From Vulcanimicrobiota bacterium (GTDB lineage Bacteria; Vulcanimicrobiota; Vulcanimicrobiia; Vulcanimicrobiales; Vulcanimicrobiaceae), in contig OY970223.1 in NCBI GenBank assembly GCA_963714015.1, positions 2,112,001 to 2,176,000 of the forward strand: a stretch of 64,000 bases of DNA. Reading direction: 5' to 3'. The position numbers and the translations under genes were made by a program. Positions 51,943-60,741 of this stretch are shown in pieces (position 1 is the stretch's first letter; the number at the start of each line of letters is the position of its first letter). The notes under the pieces are model-generated. The model was given only the letters and a program-made list of their open reading frames with translations, had not been told where the DNA came from and ran no database searches.

Positions 51943-52604
51943 GCAGCTCTATCGTGTTCGCAAAGACGCCCGGCACCTGCACGGCACCGGGCGTCTTGCT
52001 GCTGCACCCGAGGAAATACCTGGTGAGCTGATACCAAACCCGCGCGCAAGGCATAAACCGCTACCTGAGTTCGCGCCGTCAGGTTCATTTTAGCCAGAAT
52101 GTGCGAGATGTGGTTCTTCACCGTCTTATCGCTCAGTGAAAGCCTCGTGCTGATCTCCTTATTGGAAAGACCCTCGGCGACGAGTCGAACCACCTCCATC
52201 TCGCGTTCGGAGAGCCCGGAAAGCGCTTCGGTGCCGCCGGTCGCCAGAACCCGGAGGCGAGGACGCGCTGCGCCCGGGAACGATGGGACAAGCATCTTGA
52301 CCGCGCCCAAAAGGTCGCGCAAGTTCAAATCACCGAGCGCTTCAAGCAGGCAAACTCGCGTGCCGGGGGAGACTTCCGCAACGTACTGCTCCGCCTGGGC
52401 AGCGTCGACTGCCTGATCGCTCTGGTCCAAAATGACGATCTCGGGGCGCAGCTCCGCGATGGGCGCCGTCCCAACGGAGGGTGACTCGCCGATTACGGCG
52501 ATGCCCTCGTCCAACTCGAGCAACCGCGAAAGCGCCCGCAGAATAAGCGGATCCTTGCCGACCACCATAACCCGCGCCAGCGCCGGTTCTTGCAAATAGG
52601 CCAT
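51939..52604 (-). CDS. NarL/LuxR family response regulator with a shortened, atypical receiver domain
   Basis: LSEREMEVVRLVAEGLSNKEI...LSLSDKTVKNHISHILAKM..RTQ; the receiver lacks the acidic pair and the YLLK segment. Confidence 0.85.
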   Translation of the reverse strand: MAYLQEPALARVMVVGKDPLILRALSRLLELDEGIAVIGESPSVGTAPIAELRPEIVILDQSDQAVDAAQAEQYVAEVSPGTRVCLLEALGDLNLRDLLGAVKMLVPSFPGAARPRLRVLATGGTEALSGLSEREMEVVRLVAEGLSNKEISTRLSLSDKTVKNHISHILAKMNLTARTQVAVYALRAGLVSAHQVFPRVQQQDARCRAGAGRLCEHDRAA

Positions 52605-52656
52605 CCCGCACTCCAATAAGGAAAGTCGAACACCAAAAGCCTACTCCGGTCATTTT

Positions 52657-52678
52657 TCATGGGACTTACGACCTATGA
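52657..52678. promoter_or_regulatory. Imperfect palindrome in the divergent promoter region, candidate NarL/LuxR-type box
   Basis: TCATGGG-ACTTACGA-CCTATGA (6/7 arm match). Confidence 0.35.
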
Positions 52679-52761
52679 GGGCGGCCTTACAAAGCGATTA
52701 CACCGCTGCCTGCTTGGGTGCTACGGAAGTCGGAAGGGCCGCCCGTGTCGTAATTAGAGGG

Positions 52762-55638
52762 GTGACGGTTCAATCCGGCGCGCCCTTTGAACTCCGGCGA
52801 GATACATTGCTGGAGCGGGTCGAACGCGTCCAGCCCCGGCTCGTGGCGCTCATTGCGCCTGCGGGGTTCGGCAAGTCGACCCTCGCGCGGCAGATGATCG
52901 CGGACAAACGCGCGGCGATCTGCGACGTCAGCGGCGTGCACGACGATCTCGACTTGGCGCGCCGTCTGCTTCCAGCGCTGGCGTCGGAGACGCCGGAACA
53001 GACCCAAGCGCTGACGCAGCGCGAATTGATGCTGGGCGACGGCGGAATGTCGGCGCACGACCGCGTGAACCTGGCGCTCGAGAATTGGAAGGCGCCCGCA
53101 GGCGATACCGTCTTCGTCTTCGAGAACTCCGAGCACGTTGCGCGCAGTATCCCGGCTCGTGAATTTTTTGCGCGTCTGCTCGCGCATCGGCCGGAAGGCC
53201 GGCAAATCGTGGTTTGTTCGCGAGAGCCGCTGCGGGTGCATCTCACGCGCTTTGCCGCCCCGCACGAAATCCTGACGCTGCGAGCGCAAGACCTCGCTTT
53301 CGATCGCGTGGAACTTGCGCGGCTCTTTCAGAATGGGGAGCCGGACCCGGGCTTGATCCCGCGCATCGAAAGGGTCTCGCAAGGGTGGCCCATTGCGGTC
53401 TTCCTTCTCAAGCGCTTTGCGAACGAAGGCCGCATCGAACAACTGCTCGAGCGGCTCAATGACGTCGCGTTCGACGAGCTGCACGACTACTTGGCGGATC
53501 AGGTCCTCGCGTCGCTGGATCCGGAACTGCTCGACGCCCTGTTCGCGTGCGCTTGCATTCCGCACGTAACGTTGACGGATCTGCACGCGGTATTGGACGA
53601 TGAGACGGCAGTGCAGCGGCTGGGCGACTTTGCGAAGGAGTCACCGTTTCTCATGCGCGCGCCTGACGGATCGTACAGCGTGCATCCGTTGCTCGCCTCA
53701 CTCTTGACGGAATATCGCGAACAGGCACGGGACGAGTTGCTCGATCGCGCTGCTCGAGCTCATGCAAATGCGCGGCGCTTTCAGCGCGCCGCCGAGCTGC
53801 ACTTGGCGCGCGGCGACCAGGGTGCGGCCGCGCACGCGCTGGGCCAGCACGAAGTAATCCGGGATCACGCTCCTTCGATGGGATACGCGCGGGTCTTGGC
53901 CTCACTCGATCGATCGCTGCTGCACCGTTATCCGCGCTTGTGGGGCGTCACGGCGCTCATGCGGATGTTCTGCATCGACACCGAAGAGCTGCTCGACGAG
54001 GCCGAGTCGATTTGGCGCACGCTCGCGCCCGACGTTACGCCGCTCGAGCGCTATTACGTGCTGGTGTTTCGCATTCTGTTCATGAGTTACATCGGCTTGC
54101 TCGAGGAAGCAGAAGAGTTACTCGCGCGTTTCGCCACCGAGAACGGCGTCGGCGAGGAGCCGGGGAGCTTCTTTGAGGGGTACGTCTTTTACCTCAGGGG
54201 ACTGATGCGCGCGCGCAGCGGACGGCTTACGCAGGCGGAGCACGATCTTACGCTGGCGCTTCCGTTGGTGGGAAGCATGGACGTCATGTCCTCCGGTACC
54301 CTTCTGGCGCTCGGCGCGGACATTGCAAGGGTGCGCGGCGAGTTCGCGCTCTCCCGTCAGTTCGTCGATCGCGCGATCGAGGGTGCGCGCCGTTCGGGGT
54401 TGTACAATTTCCTCGCCTTCGATCTGGCCGAAGCTGCGTTCGGCGCGTGGCTGCGCGGCGACGACGCGGATTTCGGGCGATACGGCGCCGAGCTCGACCG
54501 GGTCGTTCATCTGAACGGCGTGCGCGGGTTTGCTTTTTTTGCCGCGGCCGTGCGCGGACGGCTGGAAGAACCGGCGGATTCGGATCTGCTCAAGTGGGTT
54601 GCTTGCGGACGGATTATCATGGCAGCGACCACACCCGACGTCAAGATCGCGGTACGGCATGCGCGCGGGGCGGTGACGGCGGCCCGGCAATACCGCGCGC
54701 CTTTTATGGAAGCGCTGGCACTGATCACGCTGGCAACCTTTGAGGATCTGGAGTTCGAAGCCCACATGGGAGAAGCGCTCGCGTGCGCCGGACGGTGCGA
54801 GGCGCCCGCCTTCGTACAGGCGGTCGACGCTGCCGCTCAGCGGCGCGGCGACTGCGGCATGCTGCAAGCATTCGTTTCGCGTCTGCAGCTGGAACGCGTG
54901 GAACGCGTGCCTGCGCTCGAAGTTCAGATTTTGAGCGGTACGGTTTCGTGCGAGGGCCGTCCGGTCGCACTGTCGGAACGAGAACATGCGTTGCTGATCG
55001 CGCTCGCGCTGCATCGCGAAATCGTCGCGCGTTCCCGTCTGGCCGACATGCTGTGGCCGGACCTCGACGCGTATGCGGGGCGCAACTCGCTCAGTGTTTG
55101 CATGCACCGCCTGCGCCAGCATCTGGGCAACGATCATACCATCGTGCGCAGTAAGGAAGGGTACGCGCTCGGTGACGAAGTGCGCGTGGATCTCTGGGAC
55201 TTGGATCGCGTGGCGGGCGTGCTGAGATCGCGCCCGGCGCTCAGCGAGGCGGATCGGCGGATATTCGAGGACGCGTATGAGAAGCTTCGCGTGCGACGCC
55301 CGGAACGCATGATGCAATGGGAATGGTTCGTGGCGACGGAACGCCATATACGCGAGCTGCGCATGGAAGTCGCGCACCGTCTGGCCTCCGATGCTCTCGC
55401 TCACGGAAGCGCGCGGCGCGCAATCGAACTGGCGCTGGAAATGATCGGCTACGATCCTTGCGACGAAGCGGGACGGCAGATTGCGATCACCGGTTATCTG
55501 GCGGCCGGGGATCGCAGTGCAGCCTTGCGTCAGTACCGGCAATACCGGCAAACGCTGCTGGAAGAACTGCAATGTGAACCGTCGGAAGACATAAAACGCT
55601 TGGTCGGGTTCTCTACTTTGACGCCGGTCACCACTTGA
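52762..55638 (+). CDS. MalT-like STAND ATPase regulator with helical/TPR region and C-terminal wHTH-BTAD (SARP) output
   Basis: IAPAGFGKST, LAFD, SQGWP, DYLADQVL, HPL; LWPD...SL.V.MHRLR, VDLW, DPCDE, GDRSAALRQY..Y...L..EL..EPS. Confidence 0.88.
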   Translation: MTVQSGAPFELRRDTLLERVERVQPRLVALIAPAGFGKSTLARQMIADKRAAICDVSGVHDDLDLARRLLPALASETPEQTQALTQRELMLGDGGMSAHDRVNLALENWKAPAGDTVFVFENSEHVARSIPAREFFARLLAHRPEGRQIVVCSREPLRVHLTRFAAPHEILTLRAQDLAFDRVELARLFQNGEPDPGLIPRIERVSQGWPIAVFLLKRFANEGRIEQLLERLNDVAFDELHDYLADQVLASLDPELLDALFACACIPHVTLTDLHAVLDDETAVQRLGDFAKESPFLMRAPDGSYSVHPLLASLLTEYREQARDELLDRAARAHANARRFQRAAELHLARGDQGAAAHALGQHEVIRDHAPSMGYARVLASLDRSLLHRYPRLWGVTALMRMFCIDTEELLDEAESIWRTLAPDVTPLERYYVLVFRILFMSYIGLLEEAEELLARFATENGVGEEPGSFFEGYVFYLRGLMRARSGRLTQAEHDLTLALPLVGSMDVMSSGTLLALGADIARVRGEFALSRQFVDRAIEGARRSGLYNFLAFDLAEAAFGAWLRGDDADFGRYGAELDRVVHLNGVRGFAFFAAAVRGRLEEPADSDLLKWVACGRIIMAATTPDVKIAVRHARGAVTAARQYRAPFMEALALITLATFEDLEFEAHMGEALACAGRCEAPAFVQAVDAAAQRRGDCGMLQAFVSRLQLERVERVPALEVQILSGTVSCEGRPVALSEREHALLIALALHREIVARSRLADMLWPDLDAYAGRNSLSVCMHRLRQHLGNDHTIVRSKEGYALGDEVRVDLWDLDRVAGVLRSRPALSEADRRIFEDAYEKLRVRRPERMMQWEWFVATERHIRELRMEVAHRLASDALAHGSARRAIELALEMIGYDPCDEAGRQIAITGYLAAGDRSAALRQYRQYRQTLLEELQCEPSEDIKRLVGFSTLTPVTT

Positions 55639-55694
55639 GGAACAATTTTTATGCAAGCGGCGACGGCTTCGTCGATGCAATCGGCTAAACGCGT

Positions 55695-56267
55695 GTGATC
55701 GCGGTCCTCCTCGCGGCGGTACTTCACGCGGCGGTTTACGACGTACTGATCTCCGCGGGTCACGAAGGCCGCCCAGCAAGCTGCGCGCGCTTCCCCCATC
55801 GCGCGTGCAATCTCGGAGCTGCAGGGGAGCGAAACTGGACGCCGATAGTGGCGGATGAAGCGGCGCGAGCACTGCGCGCCGATGGTTACTCCGTCGCCCG
55901 GGAACCCGCCGATTTCAAGGGGAGATATCGGGTCCGGAGTGCCATCTTCATCCACTTCGACGGCAGCACGTCGCCCTGCAGCAGCGGAGCGTCGATCGGA
56001 TACCACGACCGCGGTTCGGCATATGCCGCGCAACTCTGGCACAAGGATTACGGCGCAGTTTTTCCTTTTCGATTTCAGCCGGATAACTTCACCGGGGGAC
56101 TGCGCGACTACTACGGCTTCCGTCAAGTGCGCGCGCAGCGCGGGGCGCTGGTGCTCGAGCTGGGAGAGGTATCGTGTCCGGCGCAGCGCTCCTGGCTTTC
56201 CGCAAGGCTTCGCTGGGAGGGTGATTTCATCGCCCAATTCGTACGCCAACTCATCGGCACGGAGTAA
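55695..56267 (+). CDS. Secreted N-acetylmuramoyl-L-alanine amidase (Amidase_3)-like protein, minimal
   Basis: Zn-ligand pattern SAGHEG, GE, FIHFDG, LELGE. Confidence 0.75.
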   Translation: MIAVLLAAVLHAAVYDVLISAGHEGRPASCARFPHRACNLGAAGERNWTPIVADEAARALRADGYSVAREPADFKGRYRVRSAIFIHFDGSTSPCSSGASIGYHDRGSAYAAQLWHKDYGAVFPFRFQPDNFTGGLRDYYGFRQVRAQRGALVLELGEVSCPAQRSWLSARLRWEGDFIAQFVRQLIGTE

Positions 56268-56281
56268 CCCGAGCGATTGCA

Positions 56282-56311
56282 GCGAAGGCTCTCGCGGTTC
56301 GCTTTTCTTTT
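56282..56311 (+). terminator. Possible intrinsic terminator
   Basis: GCGAA...TTCGC stem followed by TTTTCTTTT. Confidence 0.45.
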
Positions 56312-56337
56312 CGATAAATCGTCAGTGGAGGACGCTT

Positions 56338-58440
56338 ATGAATATTCCCATTCGTCTCTTTGGTGTCGCATTAGCTTGCACGCTGCTCGTGCCGATCGTT
56401 TCCGTGGCGCAGAACTCGCCGGCGCTCGTCGGCTGGGCTGCGGGACCGGACGTCGCGAAAGAACTCCAGTACGAGAAGACGATGATGAGCGTTCCCAGCG
56501 CGTCGAACGCGATGGACATCGAGACGCATATCTCGTCCGTGCCGCACCGCGCAGGCTCCCCGGCGGACGTTGCCACTGCGAATTACGTGCGCGACCGTCT
56601 GACGAAGGACGGATTCAGCACGCGTTTCATCAAGTACAGCGTTTGGTTTACGGGGCCGGTGTCGCAGGCCTTGCAGCTCGTTGCACCGCATCGCGAGACG
56701 ATCGATTTGGTCGAAGGAACGCCCGGCGCCCATACCAAGTGGGAAAGGATGTCGGGCCCCGCATTCTTGGAAGACTCCGGTGACGGCGACGTAACGGGGC
56801 CGGTGTATTATGTGAACGCCGCCTCGAAAGAAGACTTGGCGGAGCTCGATTCGCTCCACGTAAATCTGCAAGGCGCGATCGCGGTCGTGCGGCTCTCCGC
56901 GCCGGGCGGCGGCGGCTTGGCACGCGGCTTCGATCCGAAATACAACGCGTACACGGAGCTGCGCAAACGCGGAGTCGCCGCGATTTTAGAATTCATGGAT
57001 CCGGCCACGCAGGGCTACGGCGGCGGCCAGACATGGCCCAGCGGCAATTACAAGAACATGAACATGGCCGAGCGAATGGGCGGAATGGCGCCGGGCAGTT
57101 TTGCGAACGCGCCGCCGGGCGATCCGACGTTGCCGGGCAAAGCGCCCATCGTCGGCGTCGCGCATCTTCCGTACGATCAGGTTCCGCACGCCACTATCCC
57201 CGAGCTCAGTATCACGATGGCGATTGCGCGTAAACTGCTTGCCGGCTTGAAAGGTCCGGTCGAGGGAACGGATTGGCATCCCATGTTCGAGTTCGTTCAG
57301 CATGTGGGCGACGGTTCCGAAAAGGCGCACGTGCGCGTCAAGTTTACCCGGCATCTCGTCACGATTTACAACGTCCTGGGCGAGATCAAAGGCTCGACGG
57401 ACCCGGCGTCGATCGTCATGATCGGCAGTCACCGCGATGCGATGACGTTCGGCGCGATTGACCCGGGAAGCGGCACCACAGTGCTTCTGCAGGACGCCGA
57501 CGCCTTTCACAAGTTGCTGCTGCAAGGATACCGGCCCAAGCGGACGATCCAGATATTGTCCTGGGACGGCCACGAGCTGGGCCTCTACGGTTCGGCTTCG
57601 TACATCTATCAATACGGACCGCAGCTGCGTACGAACGTCTTTCAATACATCAATACCGATCAGCTGACGACCGGCAACCCGTTCATCATCAGCGCATCTC
57701 CGGGGTTGTTCGCATTCATGAAGCAGATCGCCGACGTCGTTCCGGGACCGGACGACCAAATGCTCAGTGCGCGCGATCAAAGCAAGCGTCCATTGCTGAA
57801 CGCAATGACCGGCGGGTCGGATCATCAGAATTTTGCTTACATCCTCGGCGTGCCGAGCACGTCCAATGGTTTCTACGGATTCTTCGGCGCGCATCATACG
57901 GCGGAAGACAACCTCGAGGGTCTGCGCACCTACGATCCCGGCATGAAAGAAGCCGTAGCGTGCGCGCAGGTCACGGGGATTCAGGCCATGCGCGCTGCAG
58001 GTGCGACCGTGGATCCGCTGCGCGTGGCGGAGATCCCGGAGCAGCTGCTCAAAGACATGCCGATGCTTACCGTAGCGACGATGGGGAAAGCGGACCTGTC
58101 CTCGCTCGCCGGCGCCCTAAGATCGTATGAAGCGGCCGCGAAAGCGATGGACGCGCAGATGGCCAAGGCCGAAGCTTCGGGCGATGCCGCAACGATGAAG
58201 TCGATCGCCGCCAAAGAAGCGGACGCACGCAACGCGTTTTTCGATCCGGACGGGCTCGCGTTCAACAAGTATTACCATACGTTCGACCGGGTTTTCGTCA
58301 GCTTCCCGGAGGTGCTCTTTGCGGGCAGCGATCCCGCAGGGGCGCAAGCAGCGATCGACCACGCGGCGGCAGCTGCTAAACAAGCTGCCGCGGCGCTCGG
58401 TGCAACTGCGTCGGCTCAGATCACGCCGCAGTCGAAATGA
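56338..58440 (+). CDS. M28 family peptidase, glutamate carboxypeptidase II/transferrin-receptor-like (PA and dimerisation domains)
   Basis: PHRAGS, GDVTGPVYYVN, GDPTLPG, GSHRDA..FGAIDPGSGT, SWDGHE.GL.GS, GGSDH, HT.ED; GGAGG RBS. Confidence 0.92.
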   Translation: MNIPIRLFGVALACTLLVPIVSVAQNSPALVGWAAGPDVAKELQYEKTMMSVPSASNAMDIETHISSVPHRAGSPADVATANYVRDRLTKDGFSTRFIKYSVWFTGPVSQALQLVAPHRETIDLVEGTPGAHTKWERMSGPAFLEDSGDGDVTGPVYYVNAASKEDLAELDSLHVNLQGAIAVVRLSAPGGGGLARGFDPKYNAYTELRKRGVAAILEFMDPATQGYGGGQTWPSGNYKNMNMAERMGGMAPGSFANAPPGDPTLPGKAPIVGVAHLPYDQVPHATIPELSITMAIARKLLAGLKGPVEGTDWHPMFEFVQHVGDGSEKAHVRVKFTRHLVTIYNVLGEIKGSTDPASIVMIGSHRDAMTFGAIDPGSGTTVLLQDADAFHKLLLQGYRPKRTIQILSWDGHELGLYGSASYIYQYGPQLRTNVFQYINTDQLTTGNPFIISASPGLFAFMKQIADVVPGPDDQMLSARDQSKRPLLNAMTGGSDHQNFAYILGVPSTSNGFYGFFGAHHTAEDNLEGLRTYDPGMKEAVACAQVTGIQAMRAAGATVDPLRVAEIPEQLLKDMPMLTVATMGKADLSSLAGALRSYEAAAKAMDAQMAKAEASGDAATMKSIAAKEADARNAFFDPDGLAFNKYYHTFDRVFVSFPEVLFAGSDPAGAQAAIDHAAAAAKQAAAALGATASAQITPQSK

Positions 58441-58705
58441 GGCCTAAACGTTCGAGACGCTGACGAACCCCGTTGTTCGTGCGTCCGAACAGCAAGGCAA
58501 TATCCTCGACGGCGTTGCCGGCGGTGAAGAGTCTGCGCAATTCTTCATCGTCGGCGGCGCTCCAAGCCTTGCCGGCGTTCGGATGCGTCTCCCGCAGCTT
58601 AGCATAGGGTCCCGGCCTTTTGCCAAGTACTTGCAGCTCGGCGAGAAGGTCCTCGACGCGCGAGCAAAGGCAGTCCAATTTTACCATCGTTGCGTCCATG
58701 TCCAT
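58421..58705 (-). CDS. Small Myb/SANT-like helix-turn-helix protein
   Basis: PNAGKAWS..DDEEL..LF..G....IA..FGRT..GVR.RL..LGL; AAGGG RBS. Confidence 0.75.
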   Translation of the reverse strand: MDMDATMVKLDCLCSRVEDLLAELQVLGKRPGPYAKLRETHPNAGKAWSAADDEELRRLFTAGNAVEDIALLFGRTNNGVRQRLERLGLISTAA

Positions 58706-58834
58706 GCGTTACACCCTTTCTTGTTAGAAGTTGACGCTCCGAAGTGTAGGGTGCAGCCGTGCCATACGTCGTGGCACTCTGCATAAAATACGCGTTCGCT
58801 TGCGCTGACGTACTAATATTCACAATTTTGGGAA

Positions 58835-59080
58835 TTGGGTTTGCAAATGTGGAGCGGCGCCGACGAAATTTGGAACCGGCTGAAACAAAGCGCTAAGGAT
58901 TGGGCAGCTTCCGGCCGTCAGCTCCCTAGCGAGGAAGAGTGTGCCGAAATCGCTAGGACAACCGTGGAGGCAGCCCTGGGATCCGGTACCGCGGTCAGCG
59001 CGGAAGCGCTCGAGTTTTACTCCGCCGAGTTTTGCGCTATGGTCGAAGACTTGCGCCGGGAGCGAAACGTATCGCACTGA
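58835..59080 (+). CDS. Small hypothetical protein
   Basis: 81-aa helical-looking ORF filling the gap between neighbouring genes. Confidence 0.45.
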   Translation: MGLQMWSGADEIWNRLKQSAKDWAASGRQLPSEEECAEIARTTVEAALGSGTAVSAEALEFYSAEFCAMVEDLRRERNVSH

Positions 59081-59096
59081 AGGGTTCGCGTCCGAG

Positions 59097-59825
59097 CTAT
59101 TGAATGCCGCAGTGATGCGCCGCCGACAGGGCAATCGGTAGGAGCTGCAGGCGTAAGTCGCGCAGCGAACCGGTCAGCGAGGGTGAAGGGGGCGCCGGAG
59201 TAGGCGTTGGGGTAATGGGCGCGCCGGCGGGCGGCGAGAGAAAGTACGGCGACGGCGTCTGCGTTTCGAAATCGTAAACGGGCGGCGGCTCACTGCGATA
59301 ATTTCGTGCAATCTCGGCGCGCACCGCTTCAATGAAGCGAAAGCTGGTTTGTTTCGGTCCAGATTGTGAGCCGCCGCCGCTCGTCATCGATTCGTACCGG
59401 TCCGCAAGGATGCGTTCGACGTCGACGATCGTTTGAATGCGGTCTCGCAACGCATCCAGAGACGGATCGCGGCCTTGCGGCGTGGCGCTGTAGGAACGCC
59501 GAAGCGCGTCGTCGACCTCGCTCAGATCGTCGTACGTCTGCGACGCGAGCTGGTCGATGTCGGCCGACTGAAGCGTTATCGCGGGACCTTCCATCGCGCC
59601 GGCTCGGGTCCATTCGGACATTTTCGCGCGGTGATCGTCGATCGCGGCGAAGCGCTGGTCGTTCTGCTCCAATGCGTTGAGAAACAGGGGCAGCACCCGA
59701 TGCATCGCATTACACAGCGGCGTCACGCGCATCTGCTCGATCGTGCGCAGCGGCGTGGATGACGGCGACGGTGCCGGAGCGGTCGTCAAGAGTGACTGCA
59801 GGAGCAGAGCAAAGATCAATCGCAC
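59097..59825 (-). CDS. Secreted helical hypothetical protein
   Basis: Signal peptide, Pro-rich linkers. Confidence 0.7.
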   Translation of the reverse strand: MRLIFALLLQSLLTTAPAPSPSSTPLRTIEQMRVTPLCNAMHRVLPLFLNALEQNDQRFAAIDDHRAKMSEWTRAGAMEGPAITLQSADIDQLASQTYDDLSEVDDALRRSYSATPQGRDPSLDALRDRIQTIVDVERILADRYESMTSGGGSQSGPKQTSFRFIEAVRAEIARNYRSEPPPVYDFETQTPSPYFLSPPAGAPITPTPTPAPPSPSLTGSLRDLRLQLLPIALSAAHHCGIQ

Positions 59826-59864
59826 GTTTCGACAACGACCCCAAACACCGGATTGTGAGGTCCT

Positions 59865-60395
59865 ATGTTTGCCGCGCTGCTCCTAAGCGCCCTGCTCGTG
59901 CGCATCGAGACGACGATGGGGACTATCACTGTCGCGCTCGACGCGCAGCACGCTCCTATCACGACCGCAAACTTTCTTCGCTACGTCGACGCCGGCAAAT
60001 ACAACGGAAGCACGTTTTATCGAACGGTGCGCCCCGGAAATCAGGCGTATCACCGGCCGATTCAAGTAATCCAAGGCGGTCTGAACGTGGAGCAGTATGG
60101 CCCCTACGGCCCTATTCCGCTCGAATCGACAGCCAAATCCGGTTTGAGCAACGAGGCGGGCACAATCGCCATCGCGCGCGATAAATCTCCCGGCACCGGA
60201 AGTTCGGAGTTCTTTATCAATATGGTCGACGATCCGGTGCTCGATGCCCAAAAAAGCCCGGATCACTACGGCTACGCGGTCTTCGGCCACGTCGTCCAAG
60301 GCATGGACGTTGCGCGCAAGATCGAGTGGGCGAAGGCGGCTAAGCAGAAGCTCACCCCGGCCGTCAAGATCATTCGCGTCGTGCGCGTGCGTTGA
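59865..60395 (+). CDS. Cyclophilin-type peptidyl-prolyl cis-trans isomerase (exported)
   Basis: APITTANFLRYV, FYR, VIQGG, GTIAIAR, SEFFIN, YAVFGHVVQGMDV. Confidence 0.95.
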   Translation: MFAALLLSALLVRIETTMGTITVALDAQHAPITTANFLRYVDAGKYNGSTFYRTVRPGNQAYHRPIQVIQGGLNVEQYGPYGPIPLESTAKSGLSNEAGTIAIARDKSPGTGSSEFFINMVDDPVLDAQKSPDHYGYAVFGHVVQGMDVARKIEWAKAAKQKLTPAVKIIRVVRVR

Positions 60396-60720
60396 CCGGC
60401 CCCTCAGGGAGGAGCATCGCCGGCACAATCTGCTTGCGAGCCGGCGCTACCGGTACCGGGTACATCCGCTCAGGTGCGCGCATTCGAGCACGCGTACGGG
60501 CCGACGGGACCCTGGGCCAAGCTCTTTCGCCGGCACCCGGCCTACAAACGAACGCGCCTTTTCCGGCGCCGCAGCGATGCCGGAATCTACGTGACAAACG
60601 TTCCGGGTGGAATACGGCGAACCGGACCGTCAGCCGGCCATGCTCAAACTGGACGAACGTTTACTTGGACTTTACGAGGGGATCGAAGAGTACTGCCCTT
60701 CGGTCGATACGCTCGGCTGA
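60392..60720 (+). pseudogene. Fragmented antibiotic-biosynthesis-monooxygenase (ABM)-like gene
   Basis: Pieces in different frames: YRYRVHP / AFEHAYGPTGPWAKLFRRHPAY..TRLF / LDERLLG. Needs two or more indels and appears to lack a segment. Confidence 0.45.
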
Positions 60721-60741
60721 GCTTCCTGGTAAAATAGGGAG

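Noticed and set aside
54118..55872. 584-aa minus-strand ORF
   Set aside because: Antisense shadow of the STAND-BTAD gene.
55855..56337. N-terminal 161-aa extension of the M28 peptidase ORF
   Set aside because: Overlaps the amidase in another frame; the real start has a GGAGG RBS and a signal peptide at 56338.
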